Translations under genes and position numbers: made by a program
Part shown: positions 26,070 to 39,560 of the stretch, piece after piece
Layout of the letters: each line of letters starts with the position of its first letter
How positions within the stretch are numbered: the stretch's first letter is position 1
NCBI RefSeq assembly: GCF_009914755.1
Contig: NC_060930.1
Direction: 5' to 3' (one strand)
Length of the DNA stretch: 64,000 bases
From: the human T2T-CHM13v2.0 reference genome, Homo sapiens
The notes under the pieces: generated by a model
The model's database searches: none
What the model saw: only the letters and a program-made list of their open reading frames with translations
What the model was told of the DNA's origin: nothing

Positions 26070-26265
26070 GGAAATATGTGTCAGCCACATTGCCAAAGAC
26101 TATACATTGTTAATTTTCACAAAAAATATATGTTGGAAGAACTCTTATTATTCTCATTTATGGATGAGAAATCTAAGACATTGACAGATTAAATATCTTG
26201 CCTCAAATCTCAGCTACTTAGTGATGGGTATGAGATTCTAATTTAGAATCTAACTCCAAATTATT
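26070..26265 (-). mobile_element. MIR
   Basis: ctcatttatggatgagaaatctaagac..ttaaatatcttgcc..tctaactccaaa. Confidence 0.7.
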
Positions 26266-26437
26266 TACCCTAGCAGAGAGGGAAAGAGAGGAAATATGAA
26301 GGAGTTAGAGAAACAAACCAGAACTAAGAGATGGAAAGAGACAGCCTTTGTTGTACTTGGCCAAGCTGTGTCTGAAGACAGACCTCCCTTGGACTTTTAA
26401 TTTACTCTGTGGTTATCATTAGAATGACCATAGAAAC

Positions 26438-27713
26438 TGTAACTGAAGTTTACAGCCTGGACAGCCTGGACGCCATCCCAACCCAGCACTGGTGTGCCTG
26501 CACTGGGGGCAGTGCTGACATGCCAGTGCTCCTTGCCACCTTGGCCCACTCTGAAACTTTGGCAATGAGGAGCACAGAGAGAGAGGCCGGGTGGGGCTTG
26601 AGGGCAGCTTGTTGTGGGCCTGCAGGTGCCCCTTGACATGAGCAATCTGGGTGCCATGGGTGGCATGTTGATGGTGGGAGGCAGACAGGTTCCTAGGTGG
26701 AAAAGGGCAGGTCCCTGGTGAAACCCCACCTTCAAGCCAGGGATTGTCTAAAGCCTGTGGGCCAGGATGCCAGTTCTGTGTGGAATCCTTGGCCTGGAGT
26801 GAGAAATTATGGTGCTTTTTCCAGGCCCAACCATGGCCACCCACAGACCAATCAGCACATACTTCCTCCCTTCTGAGCCCATAAAAATCCTGGACTCAGC
26901 CAGACTCAGACAGATATCCAGACAACTTGCTTGTGGAAAGTAGCTACCCACTGTGGGTCTCCTCTCTGCTGAATGCTGGACACTCCTCAGGATTACCTGC
27001 CTGTAGAAAGGAGGTACACACTGCTGGTCTCCTGAGAGCTGTTCTGTTGCTCAAAGAAGCTCCTCTCTGCATTGCTCACCCCCTGGTTGGCTGTGTACCT
27101 CATTCTTCCTGGATAGGGGACAAGAACTCAGGACCTGCTGAATGGTGGGACTGTAAGAGCTGTAACACAAACAGGGCTGAAACACCCTGCCATCCCCCAC
27201 CCCCACCGCCACCCCCACCACCACATTGCAGGTGATGAGGAGGAGAGAAGAGCTGTGGCCCTTTGGGGCTCCCTGATCCGGGACTGATTCCCTCTTTGGG
27301 GCTCTGCAGTTCCTGGTGTCTCCAAGCTTCTGGGCACCACTGCATTCCCCTCGTCCAGACATAGGTGTCCACAGTGGAAGCCACATGTGGTACATCTGAT
27401 CCAGCTGCAGCCTTGCACAGACTTGGCACCTGTGCTGGTGCCTGGAGCTGCCCACCCTGCCATAGCAGCCAGTGTGCCTGGCTGTGGACAGTGGCTGGAC
27501 CCCGTGCTTGCTTGCCCACACACAGCTCTCTGCTGTGTGCCTGGCTCACCCTTGGCAGGTGTGAGATCTGGGCTGGTAGCACAAGCTGAGCACAGCCTGC
27601 CAGGCCAAGTGGGTAGTATGAGCCCAGCAGGCATGAACAATACTCAGGCAGAAGGTGGGGCTGGCCACAGAGGTTTCCGGCTGGCCAAACAACACCCCAA
27701 GGATGTTGTGACA
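26438..27713 (+). mobile_element. MER52-type (ERV1) solo LTR
   Basis: GC-rich block; gtgaaaccccaccttcaagcc; CCAAT 26848; 3' end ggccacagaggtttccggctgg..ccccaaggatgttgtgaca; no TSD recognised. Confidence 0.85.
26845..26890 (+). promoter_or_regulatory. LTR CCAAT box and TATA-like element
   Basis: gaCCAATcagc at 26848-26852 and cATAAAA at 26880-26886, in the usual LTR U3 arrangement. Confidence 0.5.
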
Positions 27714-28649
27714 CTAGGATAAGGTGGAAGAGTTAGAAAATAATAGCTGTGAACTTTGTGGACATATAGCAAACCTCACAATACACTAATCATAAAAATA
27801 AGTTTTGAATGGCCTCTAGGGTCACGACAAGAACTATTCTGGAAGTGTACAATTCCGTATTTCATACCCAAGTCAAAACCTCTGATCCTCAAGCAAAGCC
27901 AGCCTCAGCCAACTGAGAAGGTAGATGCCTCCTAGGGGTTAAGTGTCTTTAACTCTAAGGAAAATTAAAATCATAGTTCTGAAGTGATGAAGTAAACCAA
28001 ACCACAGTACTTCTATTTTTTTGTGTGATAAACTATAATTTGTGCAGATTTCAGCATTTTAAGCTTTTTAAAAGCTTATGGAAGATTTTATCTTATTAGA
28101 ATAACAAATTGAGTAATTTGTTTAAACTTTGGTTTTTAGTTGAAATCCTACAGCATTTTAAAATATTAGAACAAGTAGGAAATCCCAAAGCTCATTATAT
28201 TTATTAGTATAACTTTCTGAGAATTTCTGAAGTACATAGGAAGACTTCTTTAATCATCCTGGTGTACTTCAAAAAAGAATGTGTACAACATTTTTAACCA
28301 CAGTTTAAAATATTTAAGGGAGTAGACATAATTAAACTGTAAAACCTCTGTTATAAATCATTATTAAAATTGACAATTGATAAATAGAATATAAGATTTG
28401 TAAATTGAGCTAAAAGTGTGACAAAAAAGTATTTCAAATTGGTAACTGTTAAAAATAAAATATTAATATGACAAAATTCTCAATTAATAATTGTTTTGGT
28501 TCAAAAAATTATACCCTCTAGGGCATGAAAAATATTCAACTTGACAAGATAGCTGGCTATGCCTGAAGTCAAAACCATCCTTGAACGTTTTAGTTATATA
28601 AACCAATACACTTTCTTTTTCTTTTTTTTTTTTTAAGTATAACTTATTC

Positions 28650-28790
28650 CAAGTTGATTATCTAATTATCCAAGACTTGGAACTAAAAGTGTTTTGACTA
28701 TGCAGTCAGGTTTGAGGATATTTTGGAGTTTGGAGGAAAAAGAAAGACTTTGGGAGATGTGTTGGATAACTGAAAGTATTTGGAGAAACA
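28650..28790. mobile_element. Tigger4/MER46-like remnant
   Basis: caagttgattatctaattatccaagacttggaactaaaagtgtttt resembles a Tigger4 terminus. Confidence 0.35.
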
Positions 28791-28924
28791 GGATTTTAAA
28801 ACATTTCTCCTGTATATTTGGATAAAATTCCATGTTGACATTGGGCAATATTAGGAATTTGCTTTTTGAGGGTTGTGGTAAAAATTTGGGAAATGCCAAA
28901 ATGTCTGAAAAAAATTCAGGCATG

Positions 28925-29600
28925 GTTTCACCACTCGGAAATAACCACAGTTAACATTTTAATGTATTTTCCTCTAGTCTTTCACTATTTTTATGTGTGC
29001 ATATGTACGTGTTTGTATAAAATGTATACAAACACATAAAACATACAGAAATATATGATTATATGGATTAATATATAATCCATATAGTCTGGAGAATATA
29101 TTGATTCTCTCTCTTTTTATATATTATCACATACAGTTTTGTATCCTGCTCTTTCAGTTAACTATTTTATTTTATGTTATTGAGACAGAGCCCTGCTCTG
29201 TCGCCCAGGCTGGAGTGTAGCAGCTGATCTCTGCTCACTGCAACCTCTGCCTCCCGGGTTCAAGCGATTCTCCTGACTCAGCCTTCTGAGTAACTGGGAT
29301 TATAGGACCTGCCACCATGCCTGGCTAATTTTTTTTTTTATTTTTAGTAGAGACAGGGTTTTGCCATGTCGGCCAGGCTAGTCTCGAACTTCTGACTCAG
29401 GTGATCTACCTGCCTTGACCTCCCAAAGTGCTGAGATTACAAACATGAGCCACCTTTATATTGTGAAATATTAACTATTCTACAATATAACATTAATGTC
29501 TAGATACTACTCTATTATATGGAAATATGTAAATGTATTTAACTCATCTGTTATTAATGATGATTAGGAGGTTTTCAATATTTAGCTTTAGTAAATAAGG
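28925..29600 (-). mobile_element. L1ME 3' UTR fragment, interrupted by an Alu
   Basis: aataaccacagttaacattttaatgtattttcc; acagttttgtatcctgct; tattgtgaa. Confidence 0.7.
29165..29454 (-). mobile_element. AluS (Sx-like)
   Basis: gagacagagccctgctctgtcgcccaggctgg...ctcccaaagtgctgagattaca. Confidence 0.95.
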
Positions 29601-30342
29601 ATAATAAATGAGGGCTTGAAATAATGGCAACTCTAGGAAGTATGCAAATTCTGGTAACCAGAAAGTTTTATCTCAAAAAACATTGAAAACACTCCTTGGG
29701 GCTCAATAAGGAATGAATCTACCATTAAGAAAGAAAGAATCATGAGATTAGGTTCTAGTTGGCTTGTGTGGCCGGAATCAAAAGTTCACTCAACAGAGTT
29801 ATGTAACTAGAAGAGCACCCATAGTAACTTATGGAAAGAATAGCATTCCATAAAACTACCTATTCTTCACATTTTTCTCCTCCCAACAAAGCTTGACAAG
29901 AACTTAATAACATGTTAATTCCTAATATAGCTAAGGGCTAGGGAAACAAATAATTTCAGGTATGTGTGTGTGTGTGTTTGTGCGTATAGATATATATATA
30001 TATACCTATATATCCATAAAACTTTCTAGAGGTTTTGTCATTTTGACAAAGTTAATTAAACTAATTAAAAATACTTATATTCATCAAATTAAAAATTCCC
30101 ATTTAAAGAATTAAATTGAGAACATATTCAGAACATATACAAAATATTTATACAAAGATGTTCATAGCAGCATTATTAAAGCTAAATATTGAAAACCTCC
30201 TGATGTTCATTAATGACAGATAAATTAAATACATTTACATATTTCCATATAATATAGTATCTAGACATTAACATTATATTGTAGAATAGTTAATGACTTA
30301 AAAATGTTCACAATAAATTATTCAATCAGAAAATCAGTTCTA

Positions 30343-30621
30343 AGCCTCGTGTGGTGGTTCACGTCTATAATCTTAGTGCTTTGGGAGGCCAAGGCAGGAG
30401 GATTTTTGAGGCCAAGCGTATGAGACCAGCCTTGGCAACAGTGAGACTCTGTGTCTACAAAAATTAAAAAGTTAGCAGAGCATGGTGGCATCTACCTGTA
30501 ATTCAGCTACTCAGAAGGCTGAGGCAGTGGGATTGCTTGAGTTCAGGAGGTCGAGTCTGTAGTGAGCCATGATTACACTATTACGCTCTAGGTGACACAG
30601 CAAACCCTGTCTTTAAAAAAA
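30343..30621 (+). mobile_element. AluJ
   Basis: ggaggatt..gaggcca; ggattgcttgag..aggaggtcgag..gtgagccatgatt; TSD-like aaaatcagttcta/aaaatcatttata. Confidence 0.92.
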
Positions 30622-30692
30622 TCATTTATAAAATATTATGCTCATGGTATTCTTTGTAGTTTTCTTAAAAATAATCCATGTATAAATATTCA

Positions 30693-31029
<337 letters not shown>

Positions 31030-32749
31030 TTATTTGTGGTAAGATTACCTGTGTTTCTCATTTTCTTCTACCTACCTTTATTTTCCAGTTTACTACAAAT
31101 ATCATACATTATCTTTGAAATTCAAAAACATGCCATTTAAAATATATAAGCATTTAACAAAAATTAAGGAATAGTACTGCATACCTTTAAATCTTGACTT
31201 AATGGTGGAGAGAAAACCCTATTAAAAACATTTGCTTATTGACTTAAAAAACTGAAAGTAGACTAGCAGAAAAGAATTCAGTTTTTTAAGCCTAACCTTT
31301 TTGCATTTGGAGAGGTGATCTATTTGAGTTCATTTAATTTTGTCTAAAGATGACTTCCAGCTTTTAAGGATGTCTTTTAAATGCGTCTCTAAAATGCAGA
31401 AAAGATTTTTTGAAAATAAAAAATTGCTCTTTAAATAACATTTGATGACTTGTGTGTAAAAGAACTAGACACATGGATTTAAAACTTAAAGGCAAAAATG
31501 CTTTGCAAAATAGCTTTTAGGTTATATTCTGACCATTTGAAAAATAACTTTAAAAAGTGAAACTAACCTAAGATGAAAGTTACCGTAACTCATAACTTCA
31601 TGCAAGGTGTTCAAAGCAAAAGTTGACCATTTTATATTATTGACATTGACCAAGTAGATTCCACATAGGTCTATTTTGTCTTAAGTCAAATAAAAATGCT
31701 CTTAAACCAAACTATGACAATTCTTAAAATAGAAACTTTCTTGAGGTTATAGGGAACCACAATCTTACAGCCACCCAAAAAGCATTCTACAAGTAGTAAT
31801 AGGCATCTATTTTGGGTGAAGTATTTTGAGTTCAGTTCTTAGTGACAATGCTGAAGTCATTTGGGCATTTCTGGGGTTGTGTGAGGAAGAACCAACTTTG
31901 TGTGTGGTCTGCATTCTTGTAATAATGACATATGACCAAAAAGATCTCAGAAGGCAAGCAGTTAATGCACCCAAATTTCAGTTAGGTCACTGTTCTCTGG
32001 ATAATGAAATCTTCAAGGGATGACACAAACTCACTTACTTGGATTTATTTTTTTTAATTTTAGTGAGTGTCAATGTGATATTATCCCCCTGAAGTCTTTT
32101 AAGGAGAACTGATTACTCATTTTAAACAACTGCTTGCCCAAGGAGGTTATTCTTAAACAACTTAGTGCATTGTTCACTATTTACCATTGCCTCGTTTTAT
32201 GTTTGCACATGATACTGCTGATTCGGTGTTTCTGAGCCAGTCTTCCTGTTAACAGAAGGGCTTATGTTGAGCTGTTTCTGGAGGAGAAGACTTGACACAT
32301 GGCTTCAATCTCCTTTCTCTGGCGGCATGTGAATCCAGCCAGTTGGCAGATTCCAGGTCTGTAGCAGAAATATAGGCTGCTTTTCTTGCACTGAGCTTGG
32401 GTTCTGCTGTTATAGCAGAAACGAGCTTCTCACAACACGTGAAATGTAATCTAATAGGAGAAGAAAAGAAATAAGGCAGGAGTGGCAGAGGTGAGGAGCA
32501 CATGGAGCCATATGTAGATTACAGATAATATAATATCAAAATAATACAGAGCTAATATTGCCAATTGTTATACAGGTAGCTATCCATAAAAACAGGAGCT
32601 TTCACCATTTCAGTTGTTCATGTAATGTAGCATCTGTTCAAAACCCAACATTGTTGCAATATTTGATTCTTTCAGGCTTTAATAATTTTTATCTAAGATG
32701 GCTATGATCAAAAATACATTATTTCTTATCCTTTTTTTTGTATGTGAAT

Positions 32750-32915
32750 TGAACTGGATGGAGTCAGATATCTGGGAATTCTAATATAGTTCCACTGTCT
32801 GTTAGTTATATGGTATTAGACAACTAACTTATCTCATTGGACATCAGGCTTCTTATCTGTAAAATAAAAAGTATGGAATAGATAATCTCTAATATCTGTA
32901 TCGACTCTTAAATTC
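32750..32915 (+). mobile_element. MIR3
   Basis: ggagtcagatatctggg..cttcttatctgtaaaata..gataatctctaa..ctcttaaattc. Confidence 0.65.
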
Positions 32916-33509
32916 GAAATCCATCATTCACAGTTGCAGCTGGTCCCTCCTGGAGCAGTAGTTCTTTGTTAGACTTCCCAGGAACCTGAAAGACTGAGTT
33001 GAAATGTTTGATCATCCTTTAGGTCATTATCCCTCTCCCAACTCAATCTTATCTTTAGGATTTAAGGATTAAGCTTGTTAGTTCAAATATATCTGACATA
33101 TATAAATATAGCCTAAGAAGAGAGTGTTGTATTCCATATATTTAAAGAATCATTGGATGAGAAATTATGATACATAAATCATAGTATAAACATTTTCATT
33201 AAATAATTGAATGATTTGGAGCAAGCCATTTTACCTCCTAGGAAGTCAGTTTTATTTATTGAAAGAACATAGTATATTTCCAACTTTTTCACAAAACTTT
33301 GTAAATATTGAAAGGGAGAATGTTTAAGGTAAGAGAATTTTTAAAACATTAATTTCTATACATGACCATCTTGATATTATATATTATGTTTATTAAAATG
33401 ACAAAATAACAGGGCAAACTGTTGAAAACCTTAAAGCAATTACTTCTTAGAATAAATAAAGTCAGAATTGGTAAAAGAAAGAAAATTAGCTGGTTCAGCA
33501 TGATTTGTT

Positions 33510-33620
33510 TTTCTATTTAACAGATATTTATTATTTACTACGTACCAGGCACTATTCTCAGTGGAATATATCAGTAAAAAGCAGACAGTGCTCTCTGAGC
33601 TCATGGAATTTACATTCTAT
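33510..33620 (-). mobile_element. L2 3' end
   Basis: aacagatatttatt..tacgtaccaggcactattct..ctcatggaatttacattcta. Confidence 0.65.
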
Positions 33621-33707
33621 TAATTTTATTGGCTCTTAAGGAACATGAGTTACTTTTTGATTTTGAAATAAATTTTAGCACAAATTAATAGCTAAAATGT
33701 AATTTAA

Positions 33708-34036
<329 letters not shown>

Positions 34037-34232
34037 TTTATTACTTCTAAAAAATATTGTATGTTATTACTCAACCATATAACTTGCTAAATAGCCTGCA
34101 AATGAATTTTATTAAATAATACAACAGATAGAGGTATTCTCTTCCAGTGAATTTTAACAGGTCTTAGTGTCGCAAGAAGATTATGTTTGGGCAACTAGAG
34201 GATAGAGCTACAGATATTTCCTTAAAAACATA

Positions 34233-34440
34233 GGGGTAGCATTAGGAGAAATAACTAATGTAGATGACGGGTTGATGGGTGCAGCAAACCACCATGGCAT
34301 TTGTATACCTATGTAACAAACCAGCATGTTCTGCACATGTATCCCAGAACTTAAAGTATTAAAAAAACTAAAAAAAAAAAAAGATAAAATTTATAATGGT
34401 TGGCATCCCATTAAAAAAAATAACACATCACAACAATAAC
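34233..34440 (+). mobile_element. 5'-truncated L1PA (PA7-like) 3' end with extra 3' sequence
   Basis: tagcattaggagaaata..gtagatgacgggttgatgggtgcagcaaaccaccatggc..tatcccagaacttaaagt plus poly-A; TSD AAAAACATA 34224-34232 / 34441-34449. Confidence 0.9.
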
Positions 34441-36656
34441 AAAAACATAAAGCAGCAAATAAACACATAGGTATAGAAAGAAACTTTTTTTTAATGTGGA
34501 ATTATTAATTTGGTAATAGTTCTATCCTATCTAGTAAATAAAGTAATTTGTCAATCCTTTGGATGGTATCAAACTAATTAGCACATTTCATGTTATGCTT
34601 ATTTCATTTGATTAGTTATGATAATTATGTCATATACATGCAATACATAATTACCTCAGTTTCATGACTTTTTAAATGACTGAATATTTTAATGCTTTAT
34701 TAACTTTTTTTAGCTGATAGAGAGCTGGTAACTCATTTTTTAAAAATTTGTGGATAGATGTTTTTCCTCCTAAAATTCTGACACACATTCTCATTTATCA
34801 ATTTCTTTGCCAAGAGCTAAGCAGCTGTACATGTTTGAAAATAAAAAGTAGAGTAACTTCCTTTTACAAAAATTCTGGAAGTTGAAATTTACATAGCAAG
34901 CTCTGTGGTTCATATTGAAAATAAAATTCAATGGCTCTTTTTAAAATTCTCCTTGTTTTGTTGGTGTTTTAGCACCTGGTACTAATTGCCTGAGACATTA
35001 ATTTGTTGATAGCAGTTTGTTTGTGGATTGATGACCTAGAGTTAGCCAGAATCTAGTCCTGTCAGGAAGTATTGTGAAATATTTGTAAAAGTACTCCTAA
35101 GGGAGTACTTTTTCCACCTCAAAAAGATTCCCTCATACAACGACAAAAAAGATGTGAAAACTAGGCTGTGGCAGGAACCATTTTTTTCTAACCTAAAGTA
35201 AATTAGAGATGAATCCAACTTAATACATTTGTGATTGTACATTCTAAAATTTTTGCCCCAGTATTTTAATATAGCCTTTGCAAAAAAAAAAATAATGTGG
35301 AGAGAACATGGTAGAGTTATGATTTGCTTAACTCGTACAGTTATGGGGAGCAGTAAGTATCTGCTTATCTTTTTTCCTTTCCTTCTAAATTTTGGCATAA
35401 TCAATAAAGATTCCTTGATTTAGGACTTTTGTGATTAATGATTTATTTTTCCCAGGGCAGTCATAGGAACTCAATCATGATTAATCAAATTATATCATTT
35501 TTAAATAAATCTTGGTCATACAATTGGAATGTACAAACAACTACACATTGCCATAGAGACCCATCACGTGCCATGAGCACATGAACCCTATGAACTATGA
35601 AGATCAACAAGGACTCATTTTTAAAGATCTGTGATTATTTTTCTTCTTTTCAGAAATTTTTATAGATTAAGGAGAAACTATCTCTTAGAAATTCTCTCAG
35701 ATAATCAGCTCATTTTGTGTTTGTACTCTGACAACTTTTATGGTATCCAGATATTAATATAACTAACTAGAAAAATAATCAACTGATCAATCATCAATGT
35801 ATTATTATTTTTTCTACTGAATGTCCAAATATGCAGTTTGATAGATTACTACTTTGACTAGTTTGGTAGTTTACTAATGGAACTAAACTTTGCATTTCTC
35901 TCCATTAATATTTATCATGGAGGAGCCATTGTTTCTTATTATAAAGCAAATACAATATCGCGATTATTCATCATTTGGGTAAGTCTGCCTGAAGAATATA
36001 CATAGTCACAGTAGGTATTAGTCTTATATAATGTGAAAAATGTTAGATCAAAATATCTGGATAAGCCTTGATATTTCTGTCATATCTATGAACCCTGTGC
36101 CCAATCTGACCTTGAACAAAAAAATTTCCACCAAAACTGGCTATGGAGTTCACAAGCAAGCAGTTAATCACAGGGCTCAGACAACCCTGTAGCTAGCCAG
36201 GCTGGGCCTGCAATGGAAGAGAAGACTTTGATGAAAAACTCTTTCTTTTTTGTCATTCTTTGATAACATTTATAGGCTCTCTGTAGTCTTACAATTGTCA
36301 CACTTAGAAGTTTTCTATAAGAAAAAGGCATAAGAGGATAAAGGAGTGAATATAGGACTGGGATGTAGCAATGGCAGATTCAGCAGTGGCAAGGTAGATC
36401 TTAACAGGAGAGCATCATGAGGAAAAAGTGATTCTGGGGTTAAATAAGGAGAAAAGATGCAAAACAAATCAGGAGGCAGAGATTATGAGAAAAGGATAGA
36501 CTTTGGGTTTAGCAGACTAGGGAGCGGAAGAGGTAGAACTCTTCCAGAGAGTTCCAAACTTTCTTCAGAAAAGTTTGGAAAAGCAGTCTTGGTTTGAATA
36601 GGAGTCAGGAACTTGTCTTGAAGCTGCATTTTTAGAGCAAATAATTTTAACTAGTT

Positions 36657-36838
36657 CAATGGTTTAAAACTTGAGCGTGCAGCAAAATCACTTGGAAGGC
36701 TTGTTAAAACACAAATTGCTGATTTCCACCTCTAACTCTAGCACTTTTAATTCAGTAGGATTTTGGGGGTGATTCTGAGAATTTTCATTACTTACAAGAG
36801 CTTAGGTAAGAATTCTCTTGCTGGTCTGAGAACCACTG
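36657..36838 (-). mobile_element. MER5A (hAT-Charlie)
   Basis: aatcacttggaaggcttgttaaaacacaaattgctg..tgagaaccactg. Confidence 0.85.
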
Positions 36839-36899
36839 ATATGGAGAATATGTTCACCTGAGGGTACTGGAGGGTTTAATGTTGATTTTGATGTAGATA

Positions 36900-37060
36900 A
36901 ACCTTGCCTGCAAATGGCTGAATTTTGCGTAGCCTCACTTCTCTCATTGACAAAGTGGAGAAATAATACCTTGAGTGTTGAATGAGGCTTAGAGATAATA
37001 AATATAGAGTTCTAAAGGCAGTATCTGATTCCTATTAGGAATTCAAAAAATGGTAGCTAT
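36900..37060 (+). mobile_element. MIR
   Basis: gcctcacttctctcattgacaaagtggagaaataatacc..aggaattcaaaaaatggtagcta. Confidence 0.6.
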
Positions 37061-38224
37061 GGTAAGAAGAATGATATAAATAAATAATGCAAACAAGAAG
37101 ACCCAACCATAATACTGGAATTTTAATCACCTTTGGGAGTGCTGAAGTTTCATGAAAACCTCATTATAATCTCTGACTTCATTCCTTTCAAGAATGAATT
37201 TTCAGATTTTAAGTTTTTCTTGAGTCTAAAAATTTTCTAAATTTTAAACATTTAAAAATTTCTTGATTTTTTATTCAGATATACCTTGTGTAGATGATTG
37301 TTTCTTATAATGCTCAAATCACTTAACCTGATAGTTAAAGTATGTGCAGTTATTTGAAAATATAATCTAAAAAGGGAAAAATAAATGTCAAATTTTCCTG
37401 TGAAACCAGTAGAGAAAAAGTATGTTTTTAAGATGAGGTTAAGGCTAATGGGCAAATGTAACATTTGTATAATTTTATTTCTTCCCTAACTTAAGCATTT
37501 CTATGTTTTATTTTTATAATTGTAGTTGTTTTCTAGAGGTTGATAATTGCAGTTGTTTTATTATGAACTGACCTTTTATTAAGCCTAGCATATATGGTTC
37601 TAATCTTGATTGCCCCATAAAAGTCCATTCCAAAATGAAAGCACGAAGGGACAATTACTTTCAATCAAAACACATGTTTTACTTTTTAAAAAATAAACTA
37701 TTTATAAAGAATGCTTATTCTTGCCCTCACACCCCTCCCAGATTCAAATTTCACTTTCAGATTATGAGCTTGTTATCAATAACTTAGTTCAAAGAGATTC
37801 TTTTCATTGTTCTGAATGACAACTGAAATGATTTAGAAATTTTTATGATTAAAGAGCATGCACTTTTCAGCAACACTCCTTACCAAATTAGTCTGTTTTA
37901 CTTTAAAAATTGTTTTTGAGGCCAGACTTTTTAACTGAGTAACATTTTCTGAAATTATAGGCCATTCTTATATAAAGACCCAGATGTTTTCTGATTGTTT
38001 TATATGTAAGAAGAAGAGTAAACATGAATACATGAAAGGCGTTGGTCTTTGAATGAGAGATTATAACTAATAGCACACAACTAAAACTTTATCTTGACAT
38101 GTTCTGATTTCTTCTTTAGTTTTCAAGTTTCTTCTTTAGTTTCCAAGTTTGTAAGTTCTGGCTTATTTTGGATATTTTAAGGTACAAGTGCAGCATGAAG
38201 AATAGGTGATCTATATGCATACTA

Positions 38225-39560
38225 TGTTCATTTATTTATTCAATGAAGATTTATTGAATACCTTCCATGTTGCATTCCATGCACCATAGAAAGTATTCCA
38301 TAAATGTACTTTGTGCATATAAAGATGCTAACCACATTTTAAAATATAATCTTTTATTTATTTTTTTCCACAGTCATTTGTGGACAATTTACCTTATGCT
38401 AAGCACTTTTCTGGACTCTGGATTACCAAGGTAAATAGGGCACAATCCTTAGTTTAAGGAGTTTACAGTGTAACAGAGAGGGAAAACTATAGTCATTAAT
38501 TAATTATTTAAATATTTAATGAGCATCCACCAAGCATCAGATAGTGATGGAAGGGTGCATCAGCATCGAATCAGACAAGGTTCTTACCCTCATGAAGCCC
38601 TCATATTCTGTCACATTGTATTCGGTATATATAGGAAAATGGGGGGAGGAAGAGGCTACTTTATATAAGAATGATGGACAATGCTTTTTGGAGGTGACAC
38701 TTGAGCAGAGACCTGAAGAATGGCCATGAGAATCCCACATAGGAATTAGAAGTTATAGAGATCATCAAGGGGGTAAGTTCTGAAGTGGGAAAGGATACAT
38801 AGTGTCTGAAGAGCAGTGTGATAATCCTAGTGTTGGAGACTAATGAGGAATTGAGGTGAAAGGTGATGTGAGATGAGGTTAGAGAGGCAGGTGGGCCCAA
38901 ATCATATAGGGCACTGCAGGCCATGGAGGAACTTTAGATGTGTATCATAAAGTAATAGGAACATATTAATATGCAAATCAGCGTGATCTAGCCTGATGAC
39001 CTTTTAAAAAGATCGCTCTACAGGCTTCAGGAAATATAAGTTGGAAAGAAGCCAGAGTTGAAGAAGGGAGATGGGTTAGGAGAGTATTGTAATCAGTAAG
39101 ACCAGAAATTATTTTGGTGTGGATTGAGATAAGTGATGGTAAAGGATATAAAGAGAAGGTACATTTCGTCTATATTTTAGAAGTGAGACCAATGGGGTTT
39201 GTTGATGGATAGAATAAAAATTGTTATATGTGGTAATGTGTTATACATGTTATGCTAAATGGCCCAGATGAAAAAGTGATGACTCCTTCTGGGGTGTACA
39301 TAATGCCAGGGAAGCCATGAAGAAAGATGCTTGAGTTGAGTCTGTGGGATGAATTTATGTTCACAGGCAGTCAGGGCATGTGGAAAGGCAGAGGAAGGGT
39401 AATTCAGACAGATGCACTAGCGTGAGTAAAGTCATACAGAAGACATACAGAAGAGTAGTGGGTGGGAGCAAATGGCAAGAGTCACAGCAGGAGAGGTGAG
39501 TCAGGCCATGCAGTTCCTAATGAGAATTAAGGTGTTATCTGGTAGTATATGGAGAGATTC
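38225..39560 (-). mobile_element. Cluster of L2 fragments
   Basis: ttcatttatttattcaa..tttattgaatacc; ggaggtgacacttgagcagagacctgaag; gatgaggttagagaggcaggtgggcccaaatcatatagggc. Confidence 0.75.

Noticed and set aside
26397-27722. Cluster of long overlapping ORFs (up to 204 aa) on both strands
   Set aside because: All lie in the GC-rich MER52 LTR, where stop codons are rare.
36552-36580. 11-bp perfect hairpin TTCCAAACTTT/AAAGTTTGGAA
   Set aside because: Plausible by chance in 64 kb of AT-rich DNA; no supporting context.
38108-38147. 20-bp tandem duplication (similar one at ~48718-48756)
   Set aside because: Ordinary slippage duplication.
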